The notes under the pieces: generated by a model | What the model was told of the DNA's origin: nothing | Databases searched by the model: none | What the model saw: the letters and a program-made list of their open reading frames with translations, nothing else | Shown here: piece by piece, positions 26,020 through 39,514 of the stretch | Layout: each line of letters begins with the position of its first letter | Numbering within the stretch: the first letter of the stretch is position 1 | Made by a program: the position numbers and the translations under genes | Source: Carcharhinus amblyrhynchos | Taxonomy: Eukaryota | DNA: 64,000 bases | Assembly: GCA_965287045.1 (NCBI GenBank) | Contig: OZ336877.1 | Span: forward strand, 56,234,001 to 56,298,000 | Direction: 5' to 3'

Positions 26020-26223
26020 CTTTCAATAATCCTCGACCTGTACAGCCAAGCAGGCCACAACAACAGGGTCGAAGTGCAGCATTGGACATACACATGCAAG
26101 GTCAGACCAGTGCAGGACCATTCCCACCAATGCGAAATAGTGGTCCATATCCAGTAATGTCCCAGCAAGTGATGGGTAATCAAGGGATGATGGCAAGTCA
26201 AGGAAGTTTAGCAGCCAATACAG
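26020..26223 (+). CDS. NCOA2: NCOA2 coding exon (~exon 13)
   Basis: attatag|CT..ACAG|gtatgt; 204 nt, phase 1-1; [32 protein letters not shown]. Confidence 0.93.
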
Positions 26224-27649
26224 GTATGTTTACTTTGTGTTGGAATTGTTTTGGCTTGAATGCGTTTTTTTCCCTTTGGATATGCCTGCAACTAGTTAGG
26301 AAACATTTATATGATGAAAAATAGTTTGTTAGGATAGTCTAGCATAAAAAAAGGCTATCCTTACCTTAGTGAAAAATTCCTTGAAATTTGCACAAGGTAT
26401 TTTTATTTATCTTCCTATATTGAAGGAATGAACTGTTGCTGAAATTGCTTCTGTATGCACATCAGTCCTTCAGCATTTGGAGCTAATAGCAACTCCTTAT
26501 GTTCAAACTTAAACAGGATGTTTGACCACACTGGCTAAGTCAACCTTGTCTGATTCCTCTTTTCTTCTCTACCACTCCCCAAGCCTCTGCTTCTTGCCAT
26601 TGTGCCTCCCTTCATTTCTCTCTTGCAGGGTCCACTGCACTCCAAATCCCTACCCCGATCCTTCAGTATTCCTCAAGCCTGGCTGCCACCCTAGGCTTGC
26701 CTCTGACCTGAATTATCATAGTTTCTTCCATGCCTCATTGGACCATTTTGTAAACGTCAATCAAGATGCTCACATTGGTCTCTTACCAACAGGAACCTTA
26801 CTGTCCATTCCTAATCTCCTGTCCCACCCACCCTTCCTAACTGCAAAGAGGACCAGTGATAGCAGACCTTGTGAATTTTGCCAGTGGATCAGCTATCACT
26901 GTTCTTCTCTGCATCTCACTCAAGAATGTCCTTCCATTTGTGAACATAGCTCTTGCCATCCATGAGCTTGGTATGGTTGATTGCATCGACATGATAGCCT
27001 TGACAGAAATTTGACTAATGATGATACTTTCCCACCTTGGCTGTACCTTCCATTGCATTCCCCTTCTAGATTGCCTTTATCACTCTCCCATCTTTCCTTA
27101 ATCTCCCCATTCATATAAACTGCCCAATCTAAATTCACAGCCAACCCCAATGTATTGTCATTATATCAATCACAGAAAAGGGCATCTCCCCTGTACCCTA
27201 CTTTGCTTGTGTCTCGCTTCATCTCTCCAACTTGACTTCTTTCTGTTTTGGCTTCTGAAAAAAAACTCCAAGTCATTTACATAGACACTGTCAATTCCCC
27301 AGTCCAGCCTTTAACCGTCCATTTACCACTGCATTTATGTAGTTAACAAACTGCTCAATACTTGCCTCCATGTTTTATGCCCTTCTTCCTATTTAACTCA
27401 CTGTTCCCCTTCATTTTAGGCCTTAAGTCTTGCATTTCAACTCCAAAAAGTATTTTAATATGAAGAACACATGGATTTGTCTGTCAGTAAGATTGAGACA
27501 ATATTATTGTGTTGTGTTGGAGTAGTTTCAATAACTTCCAAAGACTTAACTGTAAACACTAATTTTATTGTAACTTATTTGCAAATGTAAGAACTTATTT
27601 CCATGCTGTTTTTCTTCTTGTATGTCACTTCCTTCCATGACATCACAGA

Positions 27650-28060
27650 TTCTCACAGTTAATCTTTGTGGGACCCGATCTAATTTACTCCATTATACTA
27701 CAGAGACTATCCATTCAGCTGCCTCTGCTGCTTCTCTCTCTTCCCTCCAGCCACTTTGCTAAATTTCCCTCTGTATCAGCCCTGAACTTGCAACTGTTCT
27801 TCCCCCACTTCCCTTCATGCCATGTCTACGCTCATCTTGTCCAAGAGACCCACCTACTGCTCCCTCAACACTATTCAGCCCAAAATGTTGACCACTCCCT
27901 GCTCAATCTCCATGATAGCTGATGCTAATGGTGCGCTTTCCTCCCATCCTTGACCCCTCTGTCCTTGCAAACTGCCACCTCCTCTCCAACGTTCCTTTCC
28001 TCGCAAATCCATGAACTTGTCGTAATCTCTCAAATCAGTGCCTATCTCTTCCACAGCTGA
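27650..28060 (+). mobile_element. Degenerate L2-like LINE fragment
   Basis: Pyrimidine-rich, with ccttgacccctctgtccttgcaaactgccacctcctctccaac (decayed LDP..LANYRPISNL motif). Confidence 0.55.
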
Positions 28061-29826
28061 AAGATATCAGCTAGCTCAATATAATCTGCACATTGCACTT
28101 GTGATTCTTTCGAGGTATATGTGCTTAGGTACTTTCTAGGTAAAGTCACTGAGCCATTTTGGAGCTTCAGGTAGTTAATTTTTTTTAAACTTAAATTAAC
28201 TTGTAACTTGTAGCCAAGAGTAACCAGAGCTCCCTTTTCTCATCTTGTCCCAGAATTCTGAGGTTCCACAGTATTTTACTGAGGAATTCTGGGAGACTTC
28301 CTTTCTGCTATCCAGGCAGAATATAATTAAGTATCAAAGCAAAATAGTTACTAGTTAATATGCATTTGTTTGAGAGTGGAGAACATCAAGATATTGTCAG
28401 ATTATAATGTGTTTGGTGCAATTTCTGACAGCAGTAAATGATATTCTCCTGACTCCAAAAGAAATAATTTTAACAAATTGCATTGGCTATCAGCTAACTG
28501 AATTTAGGAAATTTATGATTTTGATGTGGTATGAGCCTTTCCTCCGGCCCCTAGGTAACTCCTGCTAACCAAAAAAAGCTGCTTTAACAGTTGCAATATT
28601 TCCTTCAAACTAAATGTGGTATTTGCAAAGCTTTGATGTTACTCCAAAAACCCTTGAAATGAAATACTGTATGTCTTAAGACCCTGGATGTTAATTTTAC
28701 TTGATAAATTTTAGGGGGAAACATTGTAATTGGTGTTGGATGCACTGTAGTGTAGCATCTTTAATAAAACGGAACTTTGTAATACCACAAGATATAGGAG
28801 CAGGAGTTGAACCATTTGGCTCTTACTTCCTTTCAACTTTCTTCCATTCTTTGTATTAAGCTTGAAACCTCTTGATCAAATGTCTTATGTTCACATGTAT
28901 CAAAGATCGACATTGGAGATAAACATTACTTTCATCGTCACTGTGCTGTTTGAATATGACGTTGGGGCAAATCGTATCTACTTTTCTTTGTTAGTGGCCA
29001 GCTTTAAAAGTGATTATTCGTGAAAGTTTATTTTTGATTAATTCACTGGAAGTGGTCTGTTAGGAGCATAATAATTTACGTAATTCATTGATCATAATGG
29101 AAGGAAAAGGATTTCCCCAGATAAGGGTATACCCGTAATGAATTGCACCTTGAGACAAACATCGGAAAGTTTTTTTTGTGAAATTTCCCTGTGCTTTGCA
29201 GTACTAATAACCTGGGCCAAAAGGTGCATGCTTATCCCTTTATAACTATGATATTAGTTTGTGTCCTTGTTTGCCTGCAACTGTAATATATAAATATACA
29301 TATCCCAGATTCACTAGCTTTATTTTAGACTTAAATTAACACTTTCTGTTTGATTTTGGTAACTTGGCTTCGACTCATTTGGAAAGTAAAGTCTTGACGT
29401 ATTCAGTAGCAAAAGTGATTCACTTCCTCAGGAAGGAAGTTAGGGGTTATCCACACTCCTCAGCACCTGTCACTACTACATAAAGCAACACTCCTTATCA
29501 ACAAGTTTTTTTTAACTATATTTTAATGCAGAGAAGAGATGGCTTGCAGATTTTTAATATAACTCTTGAAGATTGCTAGTGACTGAACTACTTGAAGAAT
29601 TTACCAAGATTAATGTTTACGGTTATACCTACAACGAGGAACTATGTTTGCCTTGAAAATGTTTGCAGGATGGCAAGAACTACAGATTTGAAAATAAATA
29701 AGTGAAAAAAGAAGTTGTACGTGAAGCATATTATTTGGGTTAATGTGTAACCATGTGTACTGCTCAAAGAAGAAAAATGCGTTCCAAGTACTGCATCGTT
29801 CTCCAACCTTCATTCTTCCTTTCTAG

Positions 29827-30048
29827 GAATGGTCAGTAGTATGGGAAGTGGTGCCCCTCGATCCAGCATGGCTTCTTTAGACTGGGGTCAATCAAGCTCT
29901 GCTGCCAACACCACAGGTAGCACAGGATCCAACACAATGACCAGGGCAACATTGCAAGGTAGTATGATATGCAGTCCTACACCTGGTATTCCTATGAGAC
30001 CGAACAGTCAACCTGGTCAGAGATCGATGATCCAGACACAAATGATGG
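29827..30048 (+). CDS. NCOA2: NCOA2 coding exon (~exon 14)
   Basis: ttctag|GA..ATGG|gtacgt; 222 nt, phase 1-1; [30 protein letters not shown]. Confidence 0.92.
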
Positions 30049-30208
30049 GTACGTTGCAGCATTTTTATCTTGTATGCTATTGGAATGTCTTTGCCACAGA
30101 TGTTCTTTTGCGGAGCTAATCAATGTTTGTTTATTCTTTTCAAGGCGACGTTGTTACAAAATGCAATTTTGAAAGGAAATTATTTTGCTACTATTTTGTA
30201 CCAATTAG

Positions 30209-30338
30209 GATCATCTGACATTGAAATGGGTATGGGAGGTCCTCCATACAGCCAGCAGCAAGCACCACCAAACCAAACAGCACCTTGGCCAGATAGTATA
30301 ATGCCTATAGAACAGGGACCTTTTGTCAATCCAAATCG
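30209..30338 (+). CDS. NCOA2: NCOA2 coding exon (~exon 15)
   Basis: aattag|GA..ATCG|gtaagt; 130 nt, phase 1-2, after a 160-nt intron; [34 protein letters not shown]. Confidence 0.95.
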
Positions 30339-32374
30339 GTAAGTTTCACAGTTATTTAGACTATCACTTTTTTTAGGAATATAACTTGTAATAATGTTTA
30401 AAATGTAGTTATTGATTTGTCCAACTTTCTCATATTTTCACATACGGTGAGAAAAGTTTGTTGAGTTATAAACAGTTCAGTGCTTCACCTCAAACTTGAA
30501 AAAGATCCTAAATTGAGACCAAGGAGAGGGGAAGCAAGAATTGGTTGCGTGAAAAGGAAAATCAATTTTGGATGGTTAGACAATAGACCAAAGAAGATTG
30601 AGATGTTAAACTGGCTGCGACAGTAAAATAGACAAAGGAAAGGAAGCATTGCAAAATCAGTGGTATCCAAACTTAAAATGTAGACAAGACAGTGCGTAGA
30701 ATATGAGCTGCATCGAGAAGTGGTCTAAAGAGGCTCTCTTTTGAAACAAGCAAGAGATTGATTACACTATTAGGACTATGTTATCAACAGTAACTTGCTT
30801 TAAATGTAAAGTCCCTTGAGTGTAAAAAAAATCCCACAGGTGCTATTGAAAGTTATTTTTAAAAATTGGATGAAAGCCTAATACGACTGGATTAGGTGAT
30901 CAAGGGCTTGGTGAAAGGCAGTGAATTTTGAAGAGGATAGTAATGGAGGTGTCATGGCAAGGGGAGAAATCCCAGAATGTGGAACCTGGAGAGTTGGAGG
31001 CACGACCATGAATTGTTCAGTAACTGGAGAGGTGCATGATGGGCTGGTACCTTAGAACTGGAGAATTACGTAAGTGAAAGGTGTGGTTGGAGGAGATTAT
31101 AGAGTTGAGCATGGCAAATCCATGGATGGATCTAATCACAAAGACAAGAATTTGAGGTGACTGCGAGTCGATCGATGAAGGAGGGGGATAATGTGTAACC
31201 TGGACTTAGTGTGGTGATAGAATAAGGATAGCAGAATTTTAGTTTGTGAAAGCTAAGAAAGGATAATATTGGAGGAATCAAGTCGAGAAATAACGAAATT
31301 GTGGTGATGGATTTCTTTGCAGTGTTTTCTGTTGTTTTGTTGGGTCACCACAGAGGACAGTGAAGGGTCAACCATGTTGATTTGAAAGTTCTAGGCCAAA
31401 CAGAGTACTACTGGCAGATTTGCTTCCTGAAAGGAAATTAACATATCACTTGGTTTTTCATGGCATTTCAATAGCTTTGTGGTAATTTTTACATTTGCCG
31501 ATGCCAACTTGATATTTTTTGTTTCTCAGACTGCCTTGGTGGGATTTGACCTTGTGCTGTCTAGATTTTTTTACTAATGCAATAGCATAACAATGCTGTT
31601 TTATCTAATGCTTTCTGTCAGGTTGGTCCTCTGAATAAGCATCCATTGCAGAATTCTGTCTGTGGCATTCTGCTTCAATAGTTCATTTCTAAAGGTCTAC
31701 TCACTTCCAATTCAATTCACTTCATTGTGACAGCAATAATATGCACAAAAGGAACATCTTTCGGATGAATTAGTAGAAATTTGGAGTAAAAGACCCTTGT
31801 TTGTTTCAGATCATGCACGTACATGTCGGTTCAACATGTAATGTTTTGCTTTTGTACATTGATTACTTCCCTGATTTAATATTTGTGTCTGCTTATTGAA
31901 TGTGTAATACAGAGTCAAAAAGTTTACAGCACAGAACGAGGTCCTTTGGCCCATTGTGTCTACGCTGGCTGTCAATCTAATTTTCCAGCACTTGGTCCAT
32001 AGCCTTCTATGCTATGACATTTCAAGTGTTCATCTAAATAAATTCAGATCAGATCTAGTCCATGCAATCCTTCTATGGTCAAATTATTTCCTAGTAGCAA
32101 TAAAACAAACTGCTACTGCAGCCTACAGCTTGGATCTGCTGACTATCCTGGTGAGGTCTAAATTGTCTAGTGAGCCACAAGAAGTTACGTTGATTTATCA
32201 CCCAGTCACATCCACATTTTCAGTAGTTTGTGACAGTGAGAAGCAGTCTCTGATTGAGCACATTCCAAGCTCCAGGACTAACTGTTGAGGGACACATTAA
32301 AGTTTGGGGCAGCCGCTGCCAAGGTGCAGTAGGGAAAGATCACCCTTCAGGCTTAGTGCACCGAGCCCTTTGGA

Positions 32375-32585
32375 TTCATATATGCACAAGAGATTCTGAG
32401 GTTAAGAAAATTCATTGTCATTTTTTTGCCTGTCTTAGTCACTAAAGTTTGTGATAAACTGAGTATTGTGTGGTATTACCACTGCTACATGGAAAAGACT
32501 TTGAAGTGATCTTGCAACTGAAGACTGGAGCTTCCATGAGGCCATCAACAGCAACAGAATTGTACTTGACCACAATCTGTAATCT
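32375..32585 (+). repeat. Local duplicate of sequence at 33572-34068 (empty-site copy)
   Basis: ttcata..gcacaagagattctgaggttaagaa.attcattgtca..gtttgtgataaactgagtatt..gaccacaatc.gtaatct occurs on both sides of exon 16. Confidence 0.85.
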
Positions 32586-33392
32586 GAGAATGTTTGACAG
32601 GCAATGTAAATACAACTTCTAATGGCAAAAGTAGTGAGACAGTTTAAGTGCTGTACTGAATAAGAACTGATCTCTATTGAAGTTTATATAATGTCAAGTT
32701 GAGACTTGTGTAATGTACTTGTGGATAAGGTACATTAATGGAGAAAAGGCCAGTTTCACAGTGATATGGTAGGAGGATGCTTCTCTGCTGAATTGAAAGG
32801 ACAGAAGGATGTGCATTTATTCAGCACCTTTCGCAACAGTGGACATCTCCAAAGTGCTTTACAGCCAAAGCTCTCTTAAATTATAAGTTGTAATCAAACT
32901 AAAGATAAAACTTTGAAATGAGCATTCAAGGCAAGGCACACTTATGAAGCAACATGTCCAGATAGGTAAGAAAAACGCAGTTGAACAAATATTCCAAGCC
33001 AGTAAATGACAGCTACTAGAGACCACATTAGTGAAGTGTAATTGCGCATTGTTATTTAGTTAGTTATCCCAATAATTCTTTGAAAAAATACATTTTGGTG
33101 ATTGACACCTGAGGAATAATAATTCTGCCTTTTTCCAGTGATGTGCAGAAATGTGCTTATTCCGTTTTATATTTACGTCATGTCCTAGGAATTCTCATTT
33201 CAAAGCCTGTTTGAAAGGGTTTAATGGCAAGGATAATTGATGCAGCGTAGGTCAATGCTAGGGGAAGATATGAGGGGGATATTATGTGACCTGCACTTGA
33301 TGTGGCAATAGCAGTAAGATAATGGATTGCTTTTCATGCCCGTTATAAAAACTTGCCTAGATTTCTTTATATTTTGCTTTTTATATTAGCAG

Positions 33393-33564
33393 GCAATCCT
33401 ACAGCAGTTCTCAAGACGATCTGCTTTGTCCAGCGATTCCAATGGAACCACCTAATGATGAAGGCACAATTCTGGATCAATTGCGTTCAGCACTAAAGAA
33501 TATCGATGAGCTTGGTCTGGAGGAGATTGATCGGGCCTTAGGCATCCCTGAACTTGTCAATCAG
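33393..33564 (+). CDS. NCOA2: NCOA2 coding exon (~exon 16), AD1 / CBP-p300 interaction domain
   Basis: attagcag|G..CAG|gtaaat; 172 nt, phase 2-0; [49 protein letters not shown]. Confidence 0.95.
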
Positions 33565-33604
33565 GTAAATGTTCATACGTGCACAAGAGATTCTGAGGTT
33601 AAGA

Positions 33605-33873
33605 TGCAAAAACGGAAAATGCTGGAAAGTCGCGGCAGGTCTGACAACACCTGTGGGGAGAGAACAGAGCCAACGGTTCAAGTCTAGATGACCCTTCATC
33701 AGAGCTGAGAACAAATCTGTTGATTCGCTTTGCTGTCAGCTCTGATGAAGGGTCATCTAGACTCAAAACATTGGCTCTATTATCTCCCCACAGATACTGT
33801 CAGACTTGCTGAAATTTTCCAGCATTTTCTATTTTTTGTTTCAGATTCCAGCATCCACAGTATTTTGCTTTTA
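33605..33873. mobile_element. Palindromic Penelope-like terminal-repeat insertion (family 1, copy B)
   Basis: Inverted arms with a ~30-nt spacer; TSD tctg(a/c)ggttaaga at 33592-33604 and 33874-33886. Confidence 0.85.
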
Positions 33874-33989
33874 TCTGCGGTTAAGAAGATTCATTGTCAC
33901 TTTTTTGCCTGTCGTAATCACTAGAGTTTGTGATAAACTGAGTATTGGGTACTACTGTGCTACATGAGATAGAGTTTAAACCCATCTTT

Positions 33990-35730
33990 CAGCTGAAGCC
34001 TGGGCTCCAATGAGGCACTGTGGTCCATCAGAAGCAGCAGGATTGTACTCGACCACAATCAGTAATCTCATTGCCTGATATATCACTCACTCTACCACCA
34101 AGCCAGGGAGTCAACCCTGGCTCAATGGAGAGTGCAGGCAGACGTGACAGAAGTAACACCGGGCATACCTAAAATGGGGTGTTAGCATGGTGAAGCTACA
34201 ACACAAGATTAGTTGCTTGCTAAGTGCTTAAGCAGCAAGTAATAGAGCTAAGCAGTTCCACAGTCAATGGATCAGATCTAAACTGTGCAGTCCTGCCGCA
34301 TTGGTCGTGAATGGTGGTGGACAATTAACTCAATGGAGGAGGAGGCTCCACCAAGATCTCAACGATGGAGGAGTCCAACACATCAGTGCAAAAGCCAAGG
34401 CCGTAGCATCACAGATGTCTCTTGCCGTTTCGATTCAGTCCATGTGATATCAAGAAATGACTGAAGGCATTGGATGCTGCAAAGTCTATGGGCCCTGACA
34501 GTAGTCCAACAATACCCCAGAACTTACCACACCCCTGTTCCTGTACAGCTACAATACTGGCATCTAACCAGCAATGTAGAAAATTGCTCAGGTATGTCCT
34601 GTACACAGAAAGCAGGACAAATCCAAAATAGCCAATTGCTGCCTCATCAGTCTACTCGATCATCTGTATAAAGTGATGGAAGGGGTCATTGACAGTACAA
34701 TCAAGTAGCACCTGCTCAGTGACACTTTGTTCGGGTTCTGCCAAAGTCACTCAGCTCCTGACGTCCTTAGAACCTTGGTTCAAACGTGGACAGAAGAGCT
34801 GAACTCCAGAGGTGAGAGTGTCTGCCCTTGACAGCAAGCCAAAATTTGACCAAATGTAGCATCAAGAAACCCTAGAACAATGGGAGTCAATTCTTCTGAT
34901 TGGAGTCATTCTTGGCAAGGATGGTGGTTGGAGGTCAATCAGCTCAGTTTCAGGACATCACTGCAGGAGTTCCTCAGGTAATGTTCTCAGCCCAACCATC
35001 TTCAGCTGCTTCGTCTATGACCAACCTTCCATCATTTAATCAGAAGTGGGATGTTCACAGATTGCACCATTTTCAATGACTCTGATACTGAAACAGTTCA
35101 TGTCCAAGTGCAGCAAGACCTGGTTAATATCCAGGTTTAGATTGATAAGTGGCAAGGCAATAACCATCTCCAATGAGAGAGAGTCAGATCATCACCCCTT
35201 GACATTCAATGGCATTACCATTACTGAATAGCCAACTCTCAATATCTTGGGGATTATCATTGACCAGAAACTGAACTGGACTAGCCATATAAATACTATG
35301 GCTGTAAGAGCAGGCCAAAGGCTAGGAATCCTGTAGCATATAACTCACCTCCTGACTCTTCAAAACCTGTCCACCATCTACCAGTCACAAGTCAGGAGTG
35401 TGGTGGAGTACTCTCCATTTGCTGTTTGAGTGCAACAACACTCAATAAATTCTCACCTTGCAGACAAAGTAGTCCATTTGATTGACACCCGTTCCACAGA
35501 CATTCAATCCTTCCACCACTGATAAATGATGACAGCAGTGTTCCATCTACAAGATGGAGAGCAGAAAGATGCTAAGATTCCTTAGGCAGCACCTTCAAAA
35601 CCATGACCACTACCAGTACTGTCTAGAAAGACGAGAGAAACAGACACATGGGAACACCACCACCTGCACGTTCCCCGCCAAGTCACTTAACGTTTTGACT
35701 TTGAAACATATCACCGTTCCTTCACTGTTG
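33990..35730 (+). mobile_element. Long degenerate CR1/L2-group LINE ORF2 fragment
   Basis: Decayed RT motifs: ITAGVPQG (atcactgcaggagttcctcagg), LFSCF, IYQSQVRSVVEYS; many stops and frameshifts. Confidence 0.8.
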
Positions 35731-38119
35731 CTGTATTTATCCACATCTGAAGTTCGGGATTTGGTTCCACTGAATATGAGAAAAGGTTGATTGTTTTGTG
35801 ACTGTGTTATGTTTGACTGTCCATGGATTTTTTTTAAAAACTTATACCTTTATAAATAATTTTGTGTCAAATTTATCATTTAATTCATTGAGTATGATTG
35901 GTTAAAAGCTGATGAAGGTATTTTAATAATTTCTTTTTAAAAGATACTTCCAAAAGCGAGTTTAGTATTTGGAGTTTGAAGTTAGGAAATGTTATACACT
36001 AAGACTGGACAATTCACTTAGCTTAGGACAGTATAAGTAATGAGTTACATAAGAATCTGAATTGACTCCATTTATTTCATTTAGAATCTCTATAAACAAG
36101 TAGAAATAAGAATTTGTAAATAGGTTAAATAGTGGCTACATGGTAAGGATTGCGCTGGCTGCTAAAAGTAAACTGTGAATTTTAAGTATGGAAGTCTATA
36201 TCCAAAGAAACTGTAATGTCCTGGCCCCCCAGTGTTGGATTTGGTGGGGGCATCCCGAAGGTGTGCTGGGGAATACCCCTCAGAAGTTCCCAGATAAGAT
36301 TTTATGCGGCAGTTGTCCAGAAGCATTAACTTCCCCTGAACAATTGTACTGTGCTGGGAGCCATCCAACAAAGAAATCGCAAACTTTGAATAGTTCTGTC
36401 AGTTTTATATCAATAGTCACTCTCAGAGTTAGAAAAGATAAAGCTGCATGTAACCTGAGTATGACTATTTGAAACACCCAGACCAGTCCATGAACTGGGC
36501 ACCCCATATGCCCAGACCCCACCCTCTCCCCTGACACATTCAAACAACAGGGTATCTCTCCCTGCCCCACCCCCCTCACCCAAAAAAAAACTGGGACCAT
36601 CTCCACACCCTGTGTCAGGGGTTCCCACCAGCCCTTTCCCGACCCAGGAGCAGACCTGGCCATATCCGGCCCATCAGTTTCACTGGGCCCTCTGAACTTA
36701 CCTGCTTTATGGCACCCATTCAGTAAAAAATGGGGTTGGGGCCTCCCTGAGTTTGTTGGAGTTGCACTGCGCTGTGGCCTTTGGTTACTGTTTCTCTGCA
36801 GGATCAAAGCAACTCCAGCCAGTGGAGGTTTCAACAAAGCTTTCCAGAGCTTTAAACTCTTGTAATTCCAGCCGGACATGACTTTACACCACTGGGTGGA
36901 AGCTGTGGCCCATGCCTTTTATAGAATTTGAGTTGTATAAACAGCCATTGATGTTCAGTAATCTGTGAAGTGTTAATTACAGCAGAAGTTTGGTTACTGA
37001 GGAGTAGTATCTGTTGAATAATATAATTCCTTGAAGCAAACGTAGATAATGACATTACTACAGAAGATGGAAATCTAAGATAAAAGCAGAAAATGCCAGA
37101 AATATTTAACAGATCTGGCAGCATCTGTGGAGTGAGAAGTAGTTGTTTTTTAGTTTGATGATCACAAAACTGTCATTAGATATTGCCAGTCCAAGTTTGC
37201 ATATGTGAGGAAGGGGGTTTTTGTCCTATTATTGTCAGAGAAGATTGATAACTAAAAGGGTAAAATTGTAATCATTTAAATGATAGAAAATTGCCTTTCC
37301 CGTCTGCTAACAAAATCAAATCAGTTTGATTGTCCCTTTTAATCCTGATGTGAGAGGTGCAGAATTAGAATTTGTTCACTATGAATTCTGACCAATGTAC
37401 CCACTAATGTTTATTTGTAACACACCAGTGAGTTTTAAAGGGACTGACTTCTGCACCTGGAGCTTTTGGATTATTGCACGGCTGTGAAGTTCAGAAGGGG
37501 TATTAGTTCTGGCTCAGTCCCACATGAGTAATAACCTACAGCTGTACGAATTGATGTGTTTTTAATGTTGGTTTTTAAAAATCTGTGTTAATTCTGAAAA
37601 TTATTACTCATAAATGAAATCCTGAATAAAGAGTTATGTATGACTCAATACTTTTTGAAGCTCTTGAGAAACTTATTTGTTTAAAAGTAAAAGGGGAATA
37701 TAGGTTTTTCTTGTATTTGGCTTGCAAAAGATAAAAGCTGTACGTTTTATATCGTGCTTTCATGACTACCAGACTCCTCAAATGCTTTAAGGCCTGTTAG
37801 CATTCTTTCAGGGATCTTTTATCTAAAGTAGACTAAGTTTGGGATTTAAGGCATTTGCTAAGAAAGTAAAGCTGCAAGATTCCACGGGGTTTGAACAAAC
37901 AAAAATAAATTTTATTAAGCAAGGCCAGAAAGATAAAATTCAAAATATCAATCTTATACTCTTAATATTCAGGTTTAATACGATGTAGGTATCAATCAGC
38001 AGGTAAATTGTGGTCACCCATAACACTGCATGATAAATGAGTGAGATCAAGACAGATCCCATCGATTTCACACCAACCCACCCAGAACTCAGTAACCACT
38101 GAGTCAACCAATGCCATTG

Positions 38120-38325
38120 GAAGAAAAACAGAAAATGCTGGAAAATATTTGCAGGTCTGACAGCATCTGTGGAGAGAGAATAGAGCTAACGTTTTGAGTC
38201 TACCCGGACTCAAAACGTTGGCTCTATTCTCTCTTCACAGATGCTGGCAGATCTGCAAATATTTTCCACCGTTTTTTGTTTTTGTTTCAGATTCCAGCAT
38301 CCACAGTATATTTTGCTTTTATCTA
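38120..38325. mobile_element. Palindromic Penelope-like terminal-repeat insertion (family 1, copy C)
   Basis: Arms meet at gagtctacccggactc; TSD aatgccattg at 38110-38119 and 38326-38335. Confidence 0.85.
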
Positions 38326-39217
38326 AATGCCATTGAAACCCTACCCCCCTCACGAAGGATTCCAGTTGACACCTTTGAAGATGTCATTTTGGCATTCTGT
38401 CCAAAGGTGGCTCCAACTCAGACAACCTCAGCAACGGCCTCCATCATAGGAAGACTTTTCATTTCCAAAGATTCTGTTCCCCTGGTTTCCCAAGTATGGA
38501 TTCAAACACCAAATCAAATGCACAACTTCAGCTCTTCACTAATGCCTATCAGAAAAGTACTGTTCCAGAAGGGTACATTTGCCCAAAGGCCTGCAGCATG
38601 GAGTCCCAACCTTCTGCTGCCTTGGATCTTTCTCTTCAGCCCTCTGGTTGCCTGGGTCTTTCCTCAGCCCTCTTCGGCTGCCTGGGCTTTTCCTGCCCCT
38701 TCACTTTAAAATCAGCTAGCTGCAGCCCTTCTCTTGCTTGGAGCTTTTTTTTCTGCCCTTCTTCTCTTAACCTAACTGGGACCCACCTTTCCATCAGTCC
38801 CCTGTCTGAGACTCTTCCCTTTTAAGGCACTGTACACCCTGGAACACAATCCACTGTTTTTTCATTCTGTGTGGGTGTATTGGGCCCATCCTCATCCTCA
38901 ACATGCACAGTCTGCTCCTCATCTGCACGTGTGAAAATATCCCAGGGTCTGTTGGGACTTGGGAGTTCCTGACATGTGCTCTGAACTTCAAGATAAGTCG
39001 GATTTTACATAAGGCCATTGAAGTATGTTTGAAGTTGCTGTTGCAGTGTAGGAAGGCTTAATGTAGTGCAATTTCAGCTTTGTATTTTCTCTCAAATTTC
39101 CACTACTACCATTTTTGCTGTTGCATGATGTGCTCAAAGCCATGGATTTAGGAATACTAAAGAGAAAAGACCATTCAGCAATCTTGCTTTATGATAGTTT
39201 TACTTTTATTTTCACAG

Positions 39218-39514
39218 AGCCAAACTGTGGATCACCAGCCAGAATCGTTCTCAAATCAGAAGTCCACAATGATGGTAGAAAAGCCTCAAGTCTATAATCA
39301 GCCATACGGTTCTCAGACGACAGTGGTGCAAGGAAACTACTCTAACATGCAGGAAGCTAACTTTCATCCTTTGGCTACTCAAATGGGGCAGCGACCAGGA
39401 TATTCAATGTTACGAATGCAGCCAAGGCCTGGCCTGAGGTCTCCTGGTATGGTGCCCAACCAGCCCAATCAGCTCCGCCTTCAACTGCAGCAAAGACTTC
39501 AAGGACAGCAAATG
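39218..39514 (+). CDS. NCOA2: NCOA2 coding exon (~exon 17), Q-rich region
   Basis: ttcacag|AGC..ATG|gtaatt; 297 nt, phase 0-0; [49 protein letters not shown]. Confidence 0.93.

Noticed and set aside
36280-36879. 199-aa minus-strand ORF
   Set aside because: It lies in a GC-rich repeat-like block, has no recognisable domain, and shows no exon structure.
37860-38900. Possible solo LTR (also ~23200-23800)
   Set aside because: Composition is suggestive, but I cannot define TG..CA termini or TSDs.
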